From Oopsacas minuta (taxonomy: Eukaryota > Animalia > Porifera): a DNA stretch of 64,000 bases. The stretch covers positions 558,001 to 622,000 of the forward strand of contig JAKMXF010000033.1 in assembly GCA_024704765.1 (NCBI GenBank), given 5' to 3'. Below, piece by piece: positions 33,730-45,903 of the stretch. The notes beneath the pieces were generated by a model. That model was not told where the DNA came from and did no database searches. It saw only the letters and a program-made list of their open reading frames with translations. Position numbers and translations under genes: made by a program. Each line of letters begins with the position of its first letter. Position 1 is the stretch's first letter.

Positions 33730-36700
33730 ATGACTACACCAGACTCATGCCAAATTGACAACGACAATAAAGACAATATTTCAGAGCAAGTTACTGCTAA
33801 ACAATCAGCACAAGATGTTACTGATGGTAATATAGCACAATCTCTTAGCAATGGTAAGTGTATATCATTGATCATTTACAGTCAACTCCCCGTTATATCG
33901 AAGCTCAAGGGACCGCGATAATTCCTTCGCGGATTTGATATAACCTATAAAATTTATGTTACTTTGACGGTTTGGGACCATATTGTACAATTTCAGGCTC
34001 TGATATAAGCGGGTAACCGATATATCCTTGTTCGATATAACCGGAGTTGACTGTAGTTAATAATACCTAATACAAATTCTATGATATCAGATGCTATGCA
34101 GAGTCCAGTTACCAGCAATATAAGCTGTGCTCCATCTTGTGATGTATTGAGTATAGACGGTGAAGAGACAGGAGAGAGTGAGAAGAAGAAAAGAAAGAAG
34201 AAAAAGCTTGGCATAAACCTAATAAATTGTAAATACGACTCTGTTCACAGAGTATCTCGTAGATTCGGTCTGAAAGAAATGGGAGATGATGAAGATTGGG
34301 TTATATTCTGGACCGATGTATCAGTAGCTATGGAGAGGGTAATGGCTCTTAAGAGGTACCAGAAGATTAATCATTTCCCTGGAATGATAGAAATATGCAG
34401 GAAGGATATGCTAGCTCGTAATATTACTCGTATGATGCGTCTCTTCCCTAAAGAATATTATATCACTCCTAAGAGCTGGTGTCTCCCTAGTGAATGGGCT
34501 CAATTACATGACTATCTCAGAGGGAAGAAAGGAAATAAGTGAGTTGATAGTTTAAACGGAAGTTCGACAAGCCGATTCCACGACATTTCCTTTTATGGCA
34601 TTCCACTTATCCATGGTAGATCACCACTAGAGGAGTGCCTCAGAATGACTGGAACGAAATCCGCTAGATCAGCGGTTCCCAACCTGGCTCTATCAACCCC
34701 TAGGTGGGCATTGAAGTCTACGGGAGGAGGTCACAGAATGTTTTAAAATTGGTATAGGGGTCTACGCGTTAATACGGTTGGGGACCGCATCGCTAGAAGA
34801 TAGCCTAACAGTTCAAATTTACACAGGCAATACACCTAGCGTACCGTAAACTGGGGCTATATGGCCCATTGGGTTTGTTTTAGCCCAAATATTGAAATTT
34901 GCTTACGTATCGAATAGATATTGTATTTGTATTCGAATTGTCTACCGATATTTGAAAATTCGTTAAAAATTTGGTAAGTCATTTTCAAGTATAATACTGA
35001 ATCTAATCTAGTTTCTTTGAAACTTTGATATTTGGGCTAAAGCAAACCCAGTGGGCCAAAGTAGCCCCAGATTTGGTACCTACTATATTGCTCTCTACTA
35101 TAGATACCTAATATTCAAGCCAGAAGCTGGTTGTCAAGGTAAAGGCATATTCATAACAAAGAATATTAAAGAAGTTAAACCTACAGAGCGATACATATGT
35201 CAGGAGTACATACAGAAACCTATTCTCATAGACAATTATAAATTTGATCTAAGAATATATGTGCTTATAACTAGCTGTGACCCTCTGCGTGTATTCACGT
35301 ACTATGAAGGGTTAGGTAGATTCTGTACACGAGAGTATCAAGATCCTACTGGACATAATCAGGAAGAGGTAACCTTATAGATTATACAGTGTAATCTCAA
35401 CTAACGGGGTACCGAAAATGCTACATCGCTTCTCCCAATATCCCTGTTCGTGGAGGTTCATTTTTATAGGACTAAGAATTTTCTAGAAATATTTTCAATC
35501 TGTTTCCACATACCCCATTTGTGGCAGTATATATTCAGGTGTGTACTATTATTATATACTTATTCTCAAGGTATATATGCATCTGACAAATTACGCGATT
35601 AATAAACACAGTAAGGATTTCGTAGTAGATGATATGTCAGGGAGTAAGAGAAGATTTGTATCTGTTAACTCTTCTCTGAGAGAGGCCGGATACGATGTAG
35701 AGCAGCTATGGATTGATATTGAAGATGTTATTATAAAAACTCTAATCTCTATACATCCTATACTCAAGCATAACTACAGGTAGTTATTGCATGTAATACC
35801 TATCTGTATTCAGTTTGCAAGTAGAACTCGGATAAGACGTACTCTAGTGGAGTTCGCGCTCGCCTATTAGCAAATCATATTTTGTATGAATTTTCCTTGC
35901 TAAACATGAATTTGTTATTATGCGAACCATTTATCATACAAAACCGCACACACTTAATGTCCATGATCCGAGTACTATTGTATATGCGAATACCTATTAT
36001 ATAACTTGTTTGTAGATCCTGCTTTGCTCATCATACAATTACTAGTGCTTGTTTCGAGATTCTAGGGTTTGACATACTCATAGACCGCAAGGTAAGACCT
36101 CTCCTATTAGAAGTTAACCACTCCCCAAGTTTCCACACAGATGCCCCAATGGATAAAGATATCAAGGAAGGTCTATTATATGAGACATTAAATCTGATAG
36201 ATCTGGGATCGTGTGATAAACGTAAGTGCCAGGAAGAGGAACGAAAGCGTGTACAGGAGAGACTGTTTACGAAACGTCCCCCTAAGGATCGTAAAGAGGA
36301 GGAGACAGTATTAGCTAACTATCTAGAACATCTAGCTATACACGAGAAAAAACATATGAAAGGATTTAAACTCATTTATCCGAATGGAAACGAAGAAAAG
36401 TATGCTAAATATTTTGAGCAGAGTGCCTCTCTCTTCGGAGAGACAGCTGCTTCCAGAGCTCGTCAGGAGTGTGCTAAGAATCAGAGATTAGAGCTTGAAG
36501 CTAAACAGAAGCAGTATGACGAATTTAAGCAGGGTCCTGTTAAGAAACCTCCAGCTGCCCCCAAGGCCCCCAAACCTGAGAGTCCTGTACGTGAGAAGGC
36601 TGAGACTAAGAACAAACCTCTCTTCACACTCTATGACAAATACAAGAAGAGTGTAACCCCCTCTGTGTCCTCTCAGCCCCAGATACTCCCTGAGGGAGAG

Positions 36701-37498
36701 AGGGATAGTAGTAGACCCTTGAGTATAGCAGATGATGAGGAATTAGAAAGACTCGCATTAATGCTCCAACGTGATAGTCTCGTGCGTAGCACGGGTATAG
36801 CTGAACAGCTGTACAGTATATTGGACGGGGTTAACAGTCCCCCAACTAATCAACGCCCCCCTCCACCCACACACCCTCTCCCCATTAACAGACCCCTAGC
36901 CATGTTGTCAAATAACCTCCAATATATACCTAAAATGCTACCAAACATATATACACTGGATCAAGAAATGAATAGGGCATTAGTAACCAGGGAGAGAACT
37001 CTCGTTGATTATTTTCCTAAGCTTAACAAAAAGCGTCCTAGCAATTACCGTGTTAACTGTGATGTTTCGCAGAACTTTGCACCTGATAATTCCATGGATT
37101 ATCGTAGCAACAGTTCTAACCGTAGGAATTCATTTGGAATGTGGCCTGTGAAATCACAGAGTGATCAAAATATGTGTGCTCGTCTTATGAAACAAGATTT
37201 CCTTCTCACTCCACATGTAGTCAATACTGGTAACCCGAGCTCTTACGACACACAAGACCACCTGTCAGACATGGGTACAGGAGGCAAGGGGTCCTCTTCT
37301 ACTCAGCTCCAGCTTGTGTCACAATCCGCAGCGTTGTCTCACCGTCCCGACTTAAACGTAATCGGTAAAAGACATAATATTCCATCTGATAACGTTAAAA
37401 TGAACAGGACACAGAGAATACGTGAAGCTACTAACTCAATCAAAGTCAAACAACTTGTATTGCAATCACAGAGCCAATCAAACTTACTACTGCCCTAA
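33730..37498 (+). CDS. TTLL6: Tubulin polyglutamylase TTLL6/TTLL13-like; exons 33730-33853, 34091-34538, 35104-35368, 35571-35779, 36016-37498 (about 842 aa)
   Basis: YQKINHFPGMIEICRKD, KPEAGCQGKGI, KFDLRIYVL, MHLTNYAINK, CFEILGFDILID, LEVNHSPSF. The intron phases are consistent. Confidence 0.9.
33879..34053. mobile_element. Pogo/Tigger-like MITE (175 bp) in TTLL intron 1
   Basis: TIRs CAGTCAACTCCCCGTTATATCGAA / TTCGATATAACCGGAGTTGACTG flanked by TA on both sides; non-coding interior. Confidence 0.8.
34670..34790. mobile_element. hAT-like MITE in TTLL intron 2
   Basis: Ends CAGCGGTTCCCAACC / GGTTGGGGACCGCAT; 8-bp flanks CGCTAGAT and CGCTAGAA (7/8 match). Confidence 0.7.
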
Positions 37499-39462
37499 TC
37501 CTAATCCAATTACACTGGTATGATCTACTGATACTCTTGGCGTGGTAAGTATGCACACACTCAATGCTTAAATAATTCGCATGCTGGCTCTATTATATTT
37601 TTATGTGTACTACTATCAGTCACTCATCTCAGATACCTGTACATGTGTAATCTAATGATACCATACAATATACCTATATGTGGTTTATCAAGGGATAATT
37701 AGGCAGGTAGATTGTGTAGTATACGTTAATAGGGAATTCCAAGCTGCCATCATCCTAATCGACTGTACTTTCTTCTAACGTTTTTTGGGCATTTTGTGTT
37801 TTTGTGTTTTTGTGTAATTGCTCATAGAAAGAATCATATTATACCCTGCGGTTCCTATTTCGCTCGTGGACCCCAGATATGCTCCCCTATACCACTTTAA
37901 GTTTTAACACATTCTGTGAACACTCTCATAGGCTGTAATACAAATTTTGAGATCCTATGGAACCTTGCTGTCGTCCGTGGACTACCAAGGGGTTCATATA
38001 CCCCAGGGTTGGTAACCGATGTAGTTGTACAAACCTAAATTACCATTTCACTGTCTTACTCTTGTCTATTGTTATATTTTCCTGTGAATATACTCTTTGT
38101 TTGTAACTTATACATGAGATTCAACTGCAATCTTCAATGAATTCTTTATTTAGCGAAATATTTATTTGGTTACCTTTACTTATACTTAGATGAAAAGACA
38201 ATTTATTGCGATATTAAGAATACATGAGAGTACACTAAACATCATGCCATTTCATCAACGGTATATACTGGTTTCCTTATGAATGGATTATACTATTGTT
38301 AGCGAATATTCTTACAAGATAGAATTGTAAAGTCGAGGTTAATACATGGCTTTTCATTTAAGGTTATGTGCTATGAATCGTGTTTTCAGATTATTCGTAG
38401 TTTTGCTTTGTTTTGTACCGAGCTGTACCACATGTAAATTGTCCTCTCCTTTACCTAGGAATCCAAGAGAAATAATATTCGCTTATTTTTTAATGCAGCT
38501 CCTAACAGGAGATGCCCTAATCCTAATGGCATGGACGATGTAGAACGTCTGTCCGTCCGTCCATTCGTCCGCGCGGCGTGCGAAATCTAACAGTTCGATT
38601 TACATCAAATTGGTATACTTAGATTTTGGGTCGGAGATTTGCACGCAATTTTCACACCTTTTTATGTAACTTCAAAAGCATGCTAGAGATTAGGTTTCAA
38701 CATGTTGTCAGGGGTAATAGCTAGAGGTTTGTTTAACTGCTAGTCATAGGTAATCGAGTGTATAGATTTCAATTTGCAAGCTTTTTGCGAGGACTTTGTA
38801 TTGTTTTATGTTATATAATGGCATAATACGTAATTGATACTTTTTTGAAGTCCCAGAGTGACTTATATCTCGTTTCAATTTTTGCATGAAGTTCAAGACA
38901 AAATTATGCGATAAGCCAAATATAGATTATTAATAATTTCAGTTTGTATACTACTTGTAACTGTTGCGTAGATTTTTCATTGCAATACACTTATTCTTCA
39001 ACACGTTTTATCCAAATCTGATCAATAATATCAAAAAGTATTCATGTAGTTTTGTTCTCATGGTAGGACTTGTGATATTGTCCCCACATGAAACACCATT
39101 TACTATGATACGTTACAAATTTAATATTCAGGAGCATTTATTGATATTTATTGCAACTAAAAATGCTCTAAGCATTGTTTATATATTTTTCACTAAGCAA
39201 TGCTATGATTAATACAATATTTCTATTGTTGCTCCATGGTTCTTGCTCATAGTTTCCATTCTTTACGGCAATCATATTTATCATAATACAAGATCCTAGC
39301 TTTTGTCCAGGCTTTTCTCTGTCGGGCACTTTGTCTTGCAGGGGCTCTCCTGGGATGGCATTTTGGACGGTAACATATTGATCCTATACAAATTTGACGG
39401 TATACACGTGAATATATCAATTTTTACTATTACTCTGATGTAGAATAGTTTCTGCTAATAGC

Positions 39463-41169
39463 ATGAGTTGTAGTAACGAGTTCATCGTAGAAGCTAAAGC
39501 GAATGAAGGCTGTTGGAAGCCTGCTAGTGTATTCGGTCACCTACAAACCGAAGGAATGTGGCTAGTGTCTGTTTACTTACTAGATAATCCTAGTGTTGAA
39601 GTGCATGTGCCTTTAGAGGGTATTAGATGGCCGAGAGTTAGCAAAGTACATCAAAACATTATTTTGAATAATAAAATGGAAGTGGAGTATTGTGTCAAAC
39701 ATGATAATTATATGAAAAATGGGATTTATAAGTGGGTGGTAGGAGAGATTATAGAATTTCAAGAAGAAAAGTGTCTAGTTAAAACAGAAGTAGAGGAAAT
39801 TAATATCGCTACCGATCGACTAGTCATACACGCTGATATCTTAACTTTCAGAGACGAGAATGTTCAAATATTTACAAGCTACATTGATATTGTTGGAGAA
39901 TTGAAAAACTTATATTTTAACTCCGAATCTCTTAAAATAATTTGTAAAGATGTAGAGGCTCTTACAGTTAATTACAGAGAGAATGAAGGCAAGCTAAATG
40001 TTCTCTCAATTAAACCTCGAACAGTACACCTTTGCAAAACTTATCATCAAAAACGCAGCAAGATAGCATCCCTAGGGAAAATTACTACTACGAGTAGTAC
40101 TAGTGTGGGGAAAACTGACACACAAATTGAGCAGAGTGCACTCAGCGAAACTTTGAAAATAGACAGTAAACTAATGGGCCTTGCTGTAGGTTATAACAAA
40201 ATAAACTATCAAAAAGCTTGTAGAGTTGATGGAATTACATCTATACAAATACTAAATAACACATTTATAATAGAAGGTACACACCCCAAGGCTGTGAAGG
40301 AAGCTATTGATAAGCTAGACGTGATTAGCGTTGTAGAATACTTTCCACTTTGCAATGAACATAAAATTGAAGGAATTAGAAATGGTAAAATAAGAGAAAT
40401 AGTTCTGATAGATAAAGGCCATTCCTCTAAGAACATGAAAGTGAAATTAGTTGGTAGAAGAGCTGAAGTAGATTTCGCTATTAAATCCCTTAATGACATG
40501 AAAATGGCTGAAAGAATTGGTTACAAGCCCCCGAAAGCAAAACATGCGTCGTATGAAGTACAACAAGATGGATCTAGACTTCTATACGCTACAAAGGACT
40601 GTAAACCTAATAAGCCTCATAGAATGAATTCAGATATTCCCTACTATACGAGAAATAATTTTCTTATTGCTTCCGAATCTGATAGCTCTCCTCTTACTCC
40701 ACCCGAAAAATCATTTACTAAGACTCTTCAAGATAAATCTTATGAGAATAATAACCAAGCTCAAAGGCAGCCTTTCTTTCAACAAACTGAGAATATGAGC
40801 CCTGTCCCATGTGGCGCTAAGCCTGTTACTACAGAATTTATAGAAACAGATTCTCCCAAAAGCACTCAAACACGAGCTAAAGGATTAACAAAAGGCCGTA
40901 ATAGGAAGATATATCGACAACGTAGTGACCATTCTATTTGTAATATTGAGATATGTAATTCTAAATATGAGCATGGCTATGGAGAAACTTGGGACAAAGG
41001 AAAGGACCCATACCCACATGAATTTAGGGGAAAGGGAAAAGAAAAATATCATCAAAATTCGAAGAAAGCACATTCTGAAAATAATGTCCAAGTAAAAGAT
41101 AAATTCTCTTCTATCCCAACAGAAGATTTTAACTGTTTAGACGATGTATTTACTGAAACTTCTCAATAA
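39463..41169 (+). CDS. Divergent FMR1/FXR-family protein (tandem Agenet/Tudor + KH), 568 aa, intronless
   Basis: EFIVEAKANEGCWKPASV and EVEYCVK...KWVVGEI resemble the FMRP Agenet domains. LMGLAVG...KACRVDGITSIQI...IEGTHPKAVKEA resembles FMRP KH1. Confidence 0.72.
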   Translation: MSCSNEFIVEAKANEGCWKPASVFGHLQTEGMWLVSVYLLDNPSVEVHVPLEGIRWPRVSKVHQNIILNNKMEVEYCVKHDNYMKNGIYKWVVGEIIEFQEEKCLVKTEVEEINIATDRLVIHADILTFRDENVQIFTSYIDIVGELKNLYFNSESLKIICKDVEALTVNYRENEGKLNVLSIKPRTVHLCKTYHQKRSKIASLGKITTTSSTSVGKTDTQIEQSALSETLKIDSKLMGLAVGYNKINYQKACRVDGITSIQILNNTFIIEGTHPKAVKEAIDKLDVISVVEYFPLCNEHKIEGIRNGKIREIVLIDKGHSSKNMKVKLVGRRAEVDFAIKSLNDMKMAERIGYKPPKAKHASYEVQQDGSRLLYATKDCKPNKPHRMNSDIPYYTRNNFLIASESDSSPLTPPEKSFTKTLQDKSYENNNQAQRQPFFQQTENMSPVPCGAKPVTTEFIETDSPKSTQTRAKGLTKGRNRKIYRQRSDHSICNIEICNSKYEHGYGETWDKGKDPYPHEFRGKGKEKYHQNSKKAHSENNVQVKDKFSSIPTEDFNCLDDVFTETSQ

Positions 41170-42360
41170 TGATTGACTTATGTTTCGATTTTAAATTCAA
41201 GCTATCGCTAGTTGTCAGTATTTTTTACTTTTTCGTTTCTATCGTGGATTGACTTACATGTATAGTAAATAATTGTAAATTCATTAGCTATTATCTATTG
41301 TACTTTCTTTGTATAATATGTTTTACATTTCTTTTGTTCTCAAACAAAGGTATAATATATGTAGAAATTATTTATGTTTGGTGCTTGCATTTGTACTTCT
41401 AATCCTCGCTCTTTTGTTTTCGTTTAAGCTGTCAAGTAACATGATGTGGGAATCACACTAAACCATACTTGCAACAGTTCATTTACTGCACCTGGATAGA
41501 TGAATTATTTAGAATCCTACTTTTGCTATGTTACCTTTATCTTACCCGGTTACGTATGATGACGGAAATTACCTCTATAGCTACTGATAACAGAATTTCC
41601 ATACGAGGAGATTATTGTAATTCTATTAATCCTTAATTAATGAATTAGTTAAGGCATACCTTTCCCTCTCCAGAGCTAAGCTCAAAACAAGTTATGTACT
41701 TTCAAAATGGCATACTATTGACCCTTATTGCCCTCAGCATTTTACAAATACGCTAATACGTTCAAATTAAATCAGTCAATATAAGTCTAGCATTATATTG
41801 CTGTTATTCTGCTTAGAACGAGGGAACTAATCTAATTAAGAATTAATCAAATAATTAATATGTGTATAGTACAATAGCTATCATATATATATATATACAT
41901 ATACAGGCGAATTATTACTTTGCAATATTTATCACATGGATTTTTCAGAAATCTTCTTTGGATAAAAATGGTCGTCGAATTAACCTAAGAATATTATACG
42001 TAGCAATTATTAATTCTATGAATAAATTTGGAGTTGCTTAAATATGGTTGCTTAAATATGCTTACTTAATCGTTATTTATTTAATTACTTGAATTATCTT
42101 TTGTATATATATATATATCCTCAAAAATTATATACATTCGTATAGTGTTATTCACTCCCATAGCGTATATAATACTTTGTAGATAGCAAAGTTTTATTGA
42201 TTATTTCCAGAAGAACCACGTATTTAATAATATAACTTTACAATGTGCGTACAATGCATTAATTATTAGCTTAAGTCTGTAAACATCTAGCGAATGTGTA
42301 GAATGCATAGACGCCAGCTTATTAGCTCTAGCAAGGTTGTCGCAAGCTCGGTCACATTCC

Positions 42361-42615
42361 TCATTCCAGTTTTTCGAATCTCTCCTTCTTTGCGCGTAAA
42401 GATTTTACTTCAGCTTTGAGTTGTGCGAATTCTATCTGTAACTTTTTCTTCTCATTCTCGAGAATTTCTTGTAAGTCCTTCATGTCTTCCTCGCTATCGT
42501 ATTCGTCTGAATCGACATCAGATCTTAGATGTTGCCTACGTTGTGCAATTCTACTTGACCGGCCGCAATCGCTTGGTTGCTGCCTTGTATGTCTAGTGGT
42601 TCTTCTGATCGACAT
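42361..42615 (-). CDS. Hypothetical small basic/acidic/coiled-coil protein, 84 aa
   Basis: Isolated ATG ORF with higher GC than its AT-rich flanks, a non-random Arg-rich, then Asp/Glu-rich, then heptad composition. No family recognised. Confidence 0.45.
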   Translation of the reverse strand: MSIRRTTRHTRQQPSDCGRSSRIAQRRQHLRSDVDSDEYDSEEDMKDLQEILENEKKKLQIEFAQLKAEVKSLRAKKERFEKLE

Positions 42616-43171
42616 TATTTAATTTCTAGCTAAGCTTTGTAGAATTAATCCTCCTATAATATAGTACCAAAATCAGGGACCTATTCCTTTATATACTCCG
42701 CTTCTGAGTGAATTCTTGCTATCTCAGTACTTGTTTATTTCAACTTTTAAGGTTTTATATTCCGATATCGCTAGAAAATAGTGTACTGCAGTCTGTCATG
42801 TAATTTCGTATAGCCTAATACCCAAACTGTGTTAGCCACATTAAATTTACATTCAACCCTAGCCTCAGCAGTATGCTATTCATTTATTAGATTAATTAAT
42901 TAAGAGAGTATACAGCTTAGCTTATTAATTACTCTCTACGATAATATTTATACTTATTTTACAGTCTGGAACATTTTGTTTGGACCTCTCTAGCTGTATT
43001 AAGTTTCTAATTTCTGCAATTATTCATATTTCATTTGTGTCCTGTTGTTGTCCTTTCTATTATATTTACTTCCGTCATTACTTGTTGAAAATATGTTTTG
43101 TTTCTTACTTGTCACATTAATAGGTCTGCAACCAAATACGTATAATGTTTTACAATATGGTTAACCTATAT

Positions 43172-43270
43172 CACCGGTTCCAAACCTTTTCAGCCGTGGA
43201 CCCCCTATACCAATTTTACATATCCTGTGGACCACGAAGTGGCCCACGGACCCCAGGTTGGGAGCCGATG
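43172..43270. mobile_element. hAT-like MITE (99 bp)
   Basis: Ends CACCGGTTCCAAACC / GGTTGGGAGCCGATG; 8-bp flanks ACCTATAT and ATCTATAT. Related termini at 34670-34790 and about 38008-38020. Confidence 0.7.
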
Positions 43271-44892
43271 ATCTATATGTTCTAAATACTCCGCGCTAAT
43301 GACCATCATGTATACTCTTTATCTCAAAATTAGATTCCTAATTTTGCGTAAATGCAAATAATACGAATTTTCACTACTTTGTCAGAAATTTGCAAGTATG
43401 CATAGTCCTAACCGAATTCAAGGAAGACCTGAAGAGATCATTATAAACACAGCATAAGGTTAAGCCAGCTGGCTTAACGATTCAATCAAATTTTCACAAT
43501 ATATTCCATTATTGGGTTAACGTATATTTTACTTACGTATTCATATGTTTAGTCAAAGAATACCTATTTCAATCGCTTTTACCAAATCCAGCATTCTTCT
43601 AATTATAATAAATGCTCTAATTATCTTGTAATTGTGGATCAATGACACATTTATCAGGTTTGATAGATCTAGAGAGGATTCCATTTTCCGTTGTCTAATT
43701 ATCGTATCTTAACAGGATTCTTGGAAACCTTTTCTTATCAGGGGATTCATCAAATTACGAGAGCTCCCATTATTCGTTATTATAATTGATTATTGTAATT
43801 CGGTGTAATCTATTTTATGTTAAAATCCGAGCTTTTCACTCTCTATGAAACAATTCAATTAATTAATAATGCGTTAATAACTTGTGTGAAGTTTATTGAT
43901 TACGTTATATCTAAATTTACATAACTATTACTGTATTAGCTTATCTTCGGTTTCTTATTTGTATCAGGTGTAGAACACCAAGGAAAATCATACTTCTTTG
44001 GCTAGTAAACTTTGCACTTTAGAAGGAACATAAAGTAGCAGTTTGTACAGCTGGCTCTTGTTAATATTTATCGTATTTACTCTACTGTTACTTAGAATAT
44101 ATACGCCTAGTGTAAGTATATGGGTACAGTAATTACTTTATTTCTAAGAATAGTATCTCTCCCTGAGGGTTCCTAAGATTAATAATTACAGATAATTGTA
44201 ATTATCGTTCTCTATGTACGTAGCACTTATTGATCGGAAGTAGAAATACATTGAATGAACTGATAAAGGCTCGTGATATAGTTTCGGAGTTTCTGCAAAT
44301 ATACGTATTATGTATTTTCTCAGAGAAATATTGTTGTGAGATGTTAATTCATAAACTGTCTGATTCTCTCTAAATTCTCAATACCTATATTAATAACATT
44401 ACTTAGAGAAAGGTATTATAGTATTCTCAGAAATATTTATATTATCATCTTAGAGTTGAATAAATTATTATGCTATTCTCGGTGTGCCCAGCAAGACCAG
44501 ATTACAATTTATCTAAATAGTGTGTATGCTATTGTTCCAGTTCAAGTTCCAAACAGTGATATCTCTGAAAAGGTAGACTCAGATTTCAAATATCATTTCA
44601 TCGTATATCCCAGACAATACGTACTAATGTTTGTGGAGGTTTTGCTGTATTAATGCTACATTCCAGGCTCATATTAAATTTATTGGCTTTTATAAAACAC
44701 AGCTACTTTCGCAAGAATACACTTTTATATAACTACTGCATTATTAGAAAGAATACGATTAGAATCATTACGATAATGATAATTTGTAAGATACTCGGTA
44801 GCAACATTTGTGTATTCTATCGAACTACAGTAAACTTTATAACCAGAGTTTACTCTGTTTACTGTTTATATTAGTAGAATATTACACTAAAT

Positions 44893-45903
44893 ATGAATTC
44901 CATCACTCCTGAATTTCTTATACGCTGTGCTAACCAATACAACCGTAAGCGAGGAGAGACAGAAGGGGAGTATCTCTGTAGAATTACACATCTCTATTGT
45001 GCTGATAAGAATATTACTGCTATACAGAACATATCTCAATGCGGAAGTCTCATAGTGTTATACTTATATGATAATCTAATCAATAGGATTGAGAATCTAG
45101 AATTCGCGAAGTTTCTCACACACTTGTATCTACAAGGAAACAACATAGCTAAAATAGAGAACTTATCTGCATTGAAATCTTTACGTAAACTGTACTTAGG
45201 TCGTAATTGCATTACAGTAGTAGAAGGACTTGATCAGTTACAACAATTAACAGAATTGCATATAGAGTATCAAAAACTTCCTTTAGGAGAGAAGTTATTA
45301 TTTGATCCTAAGTCTATAGTAGCTCTTATCACTACTCTATCTGTTCTTAATGTAGCAGGGAATAGACTAGATTACCTGGGTAATATTAAACTGTTGAATC
45401 GGTTAGGCTCTCTAAACGCTTCTGACAACCAAATTAGTAGTATTCTAGATGTGTGTAAGGTAATATCTACCTGGGGGAAATTAACACAGCTACAATTACA
45501 AGGCAACCCTGTCACTAAAAAGCACCGTTATCGAGAATCTCTGGTAACTAGTTGTACCTCACTTAACACCCTGGATGGAAATGAAATAAGTGAGATAACT
45601 CGATTATTTTTGATTAACTGGAAAGCAGCAAAAGAAGCTCGAATGAAATTGACTCTATTACGTCAGAGTAAATCTTGTAATAGTAATATCATCACTGATG
45701 TAAAACTGCCTACTATTACAGCACACATTTCTCTTAAACACACAGACAAGCAATATAGCTCTATGTCAAAACTAGATGAGGAATCTCAGGAAGGAAAGTT
45801 CCCAAACATATTCGTACCGTACTCCCCACAGGCTGCTAAGAGGATCTCTAATTGGACTAAAGAACAGTGGAATAAAAACGATACTTCCTCCAGCTCGCTA
45901 TAA
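44893..45903 (+). CDS. PPP1R42: Protein phosphatase 1 regulatory subunit 42 (LRRC67/TLRR)
   Basis: SDS22-type LRRs. The diagnostic segments QKLPLGEKLLFDP, GNPV...YRE and FLINWKAAK resemble PPP1R42. Confidence 0.92.
   Translation: MNSITPEFLIRCANQYNRKRGETEGEYLCRITHLYCADKNITAIQNISQCGSLIVLYLYDNLINRIENLEFAKFLTHLYLQGNNIAKIENLSALKSLRKLYLGRNCITVVEGLDQLQQLTELHIEYQKLPLGEKLLFDPKSIVALITTLSVLNVAGNRLDYLGNIKLLNRLGSLNASDNQISSILDVCKVISTWGKLTQLQLQGNPVTKKHRYRESLVTSCTSLNTLDGNEISEITRLFLINWKAAKEARMKLTLLRQSKSCNSNIITDVKLPTITAHISLKHTDKQYSSMSKLDEESQEGKFPNIFVPYSPQAAKRISNWTKEQWNKNDTSSSSL

Noticed and set aside
44456-44874. Two abutting short ORFs upstream of PPP1R42
   Set aside because: AT-rich, with Ile/Tyr/Asn-biased translations typical of non-coding DNA and no motifs.
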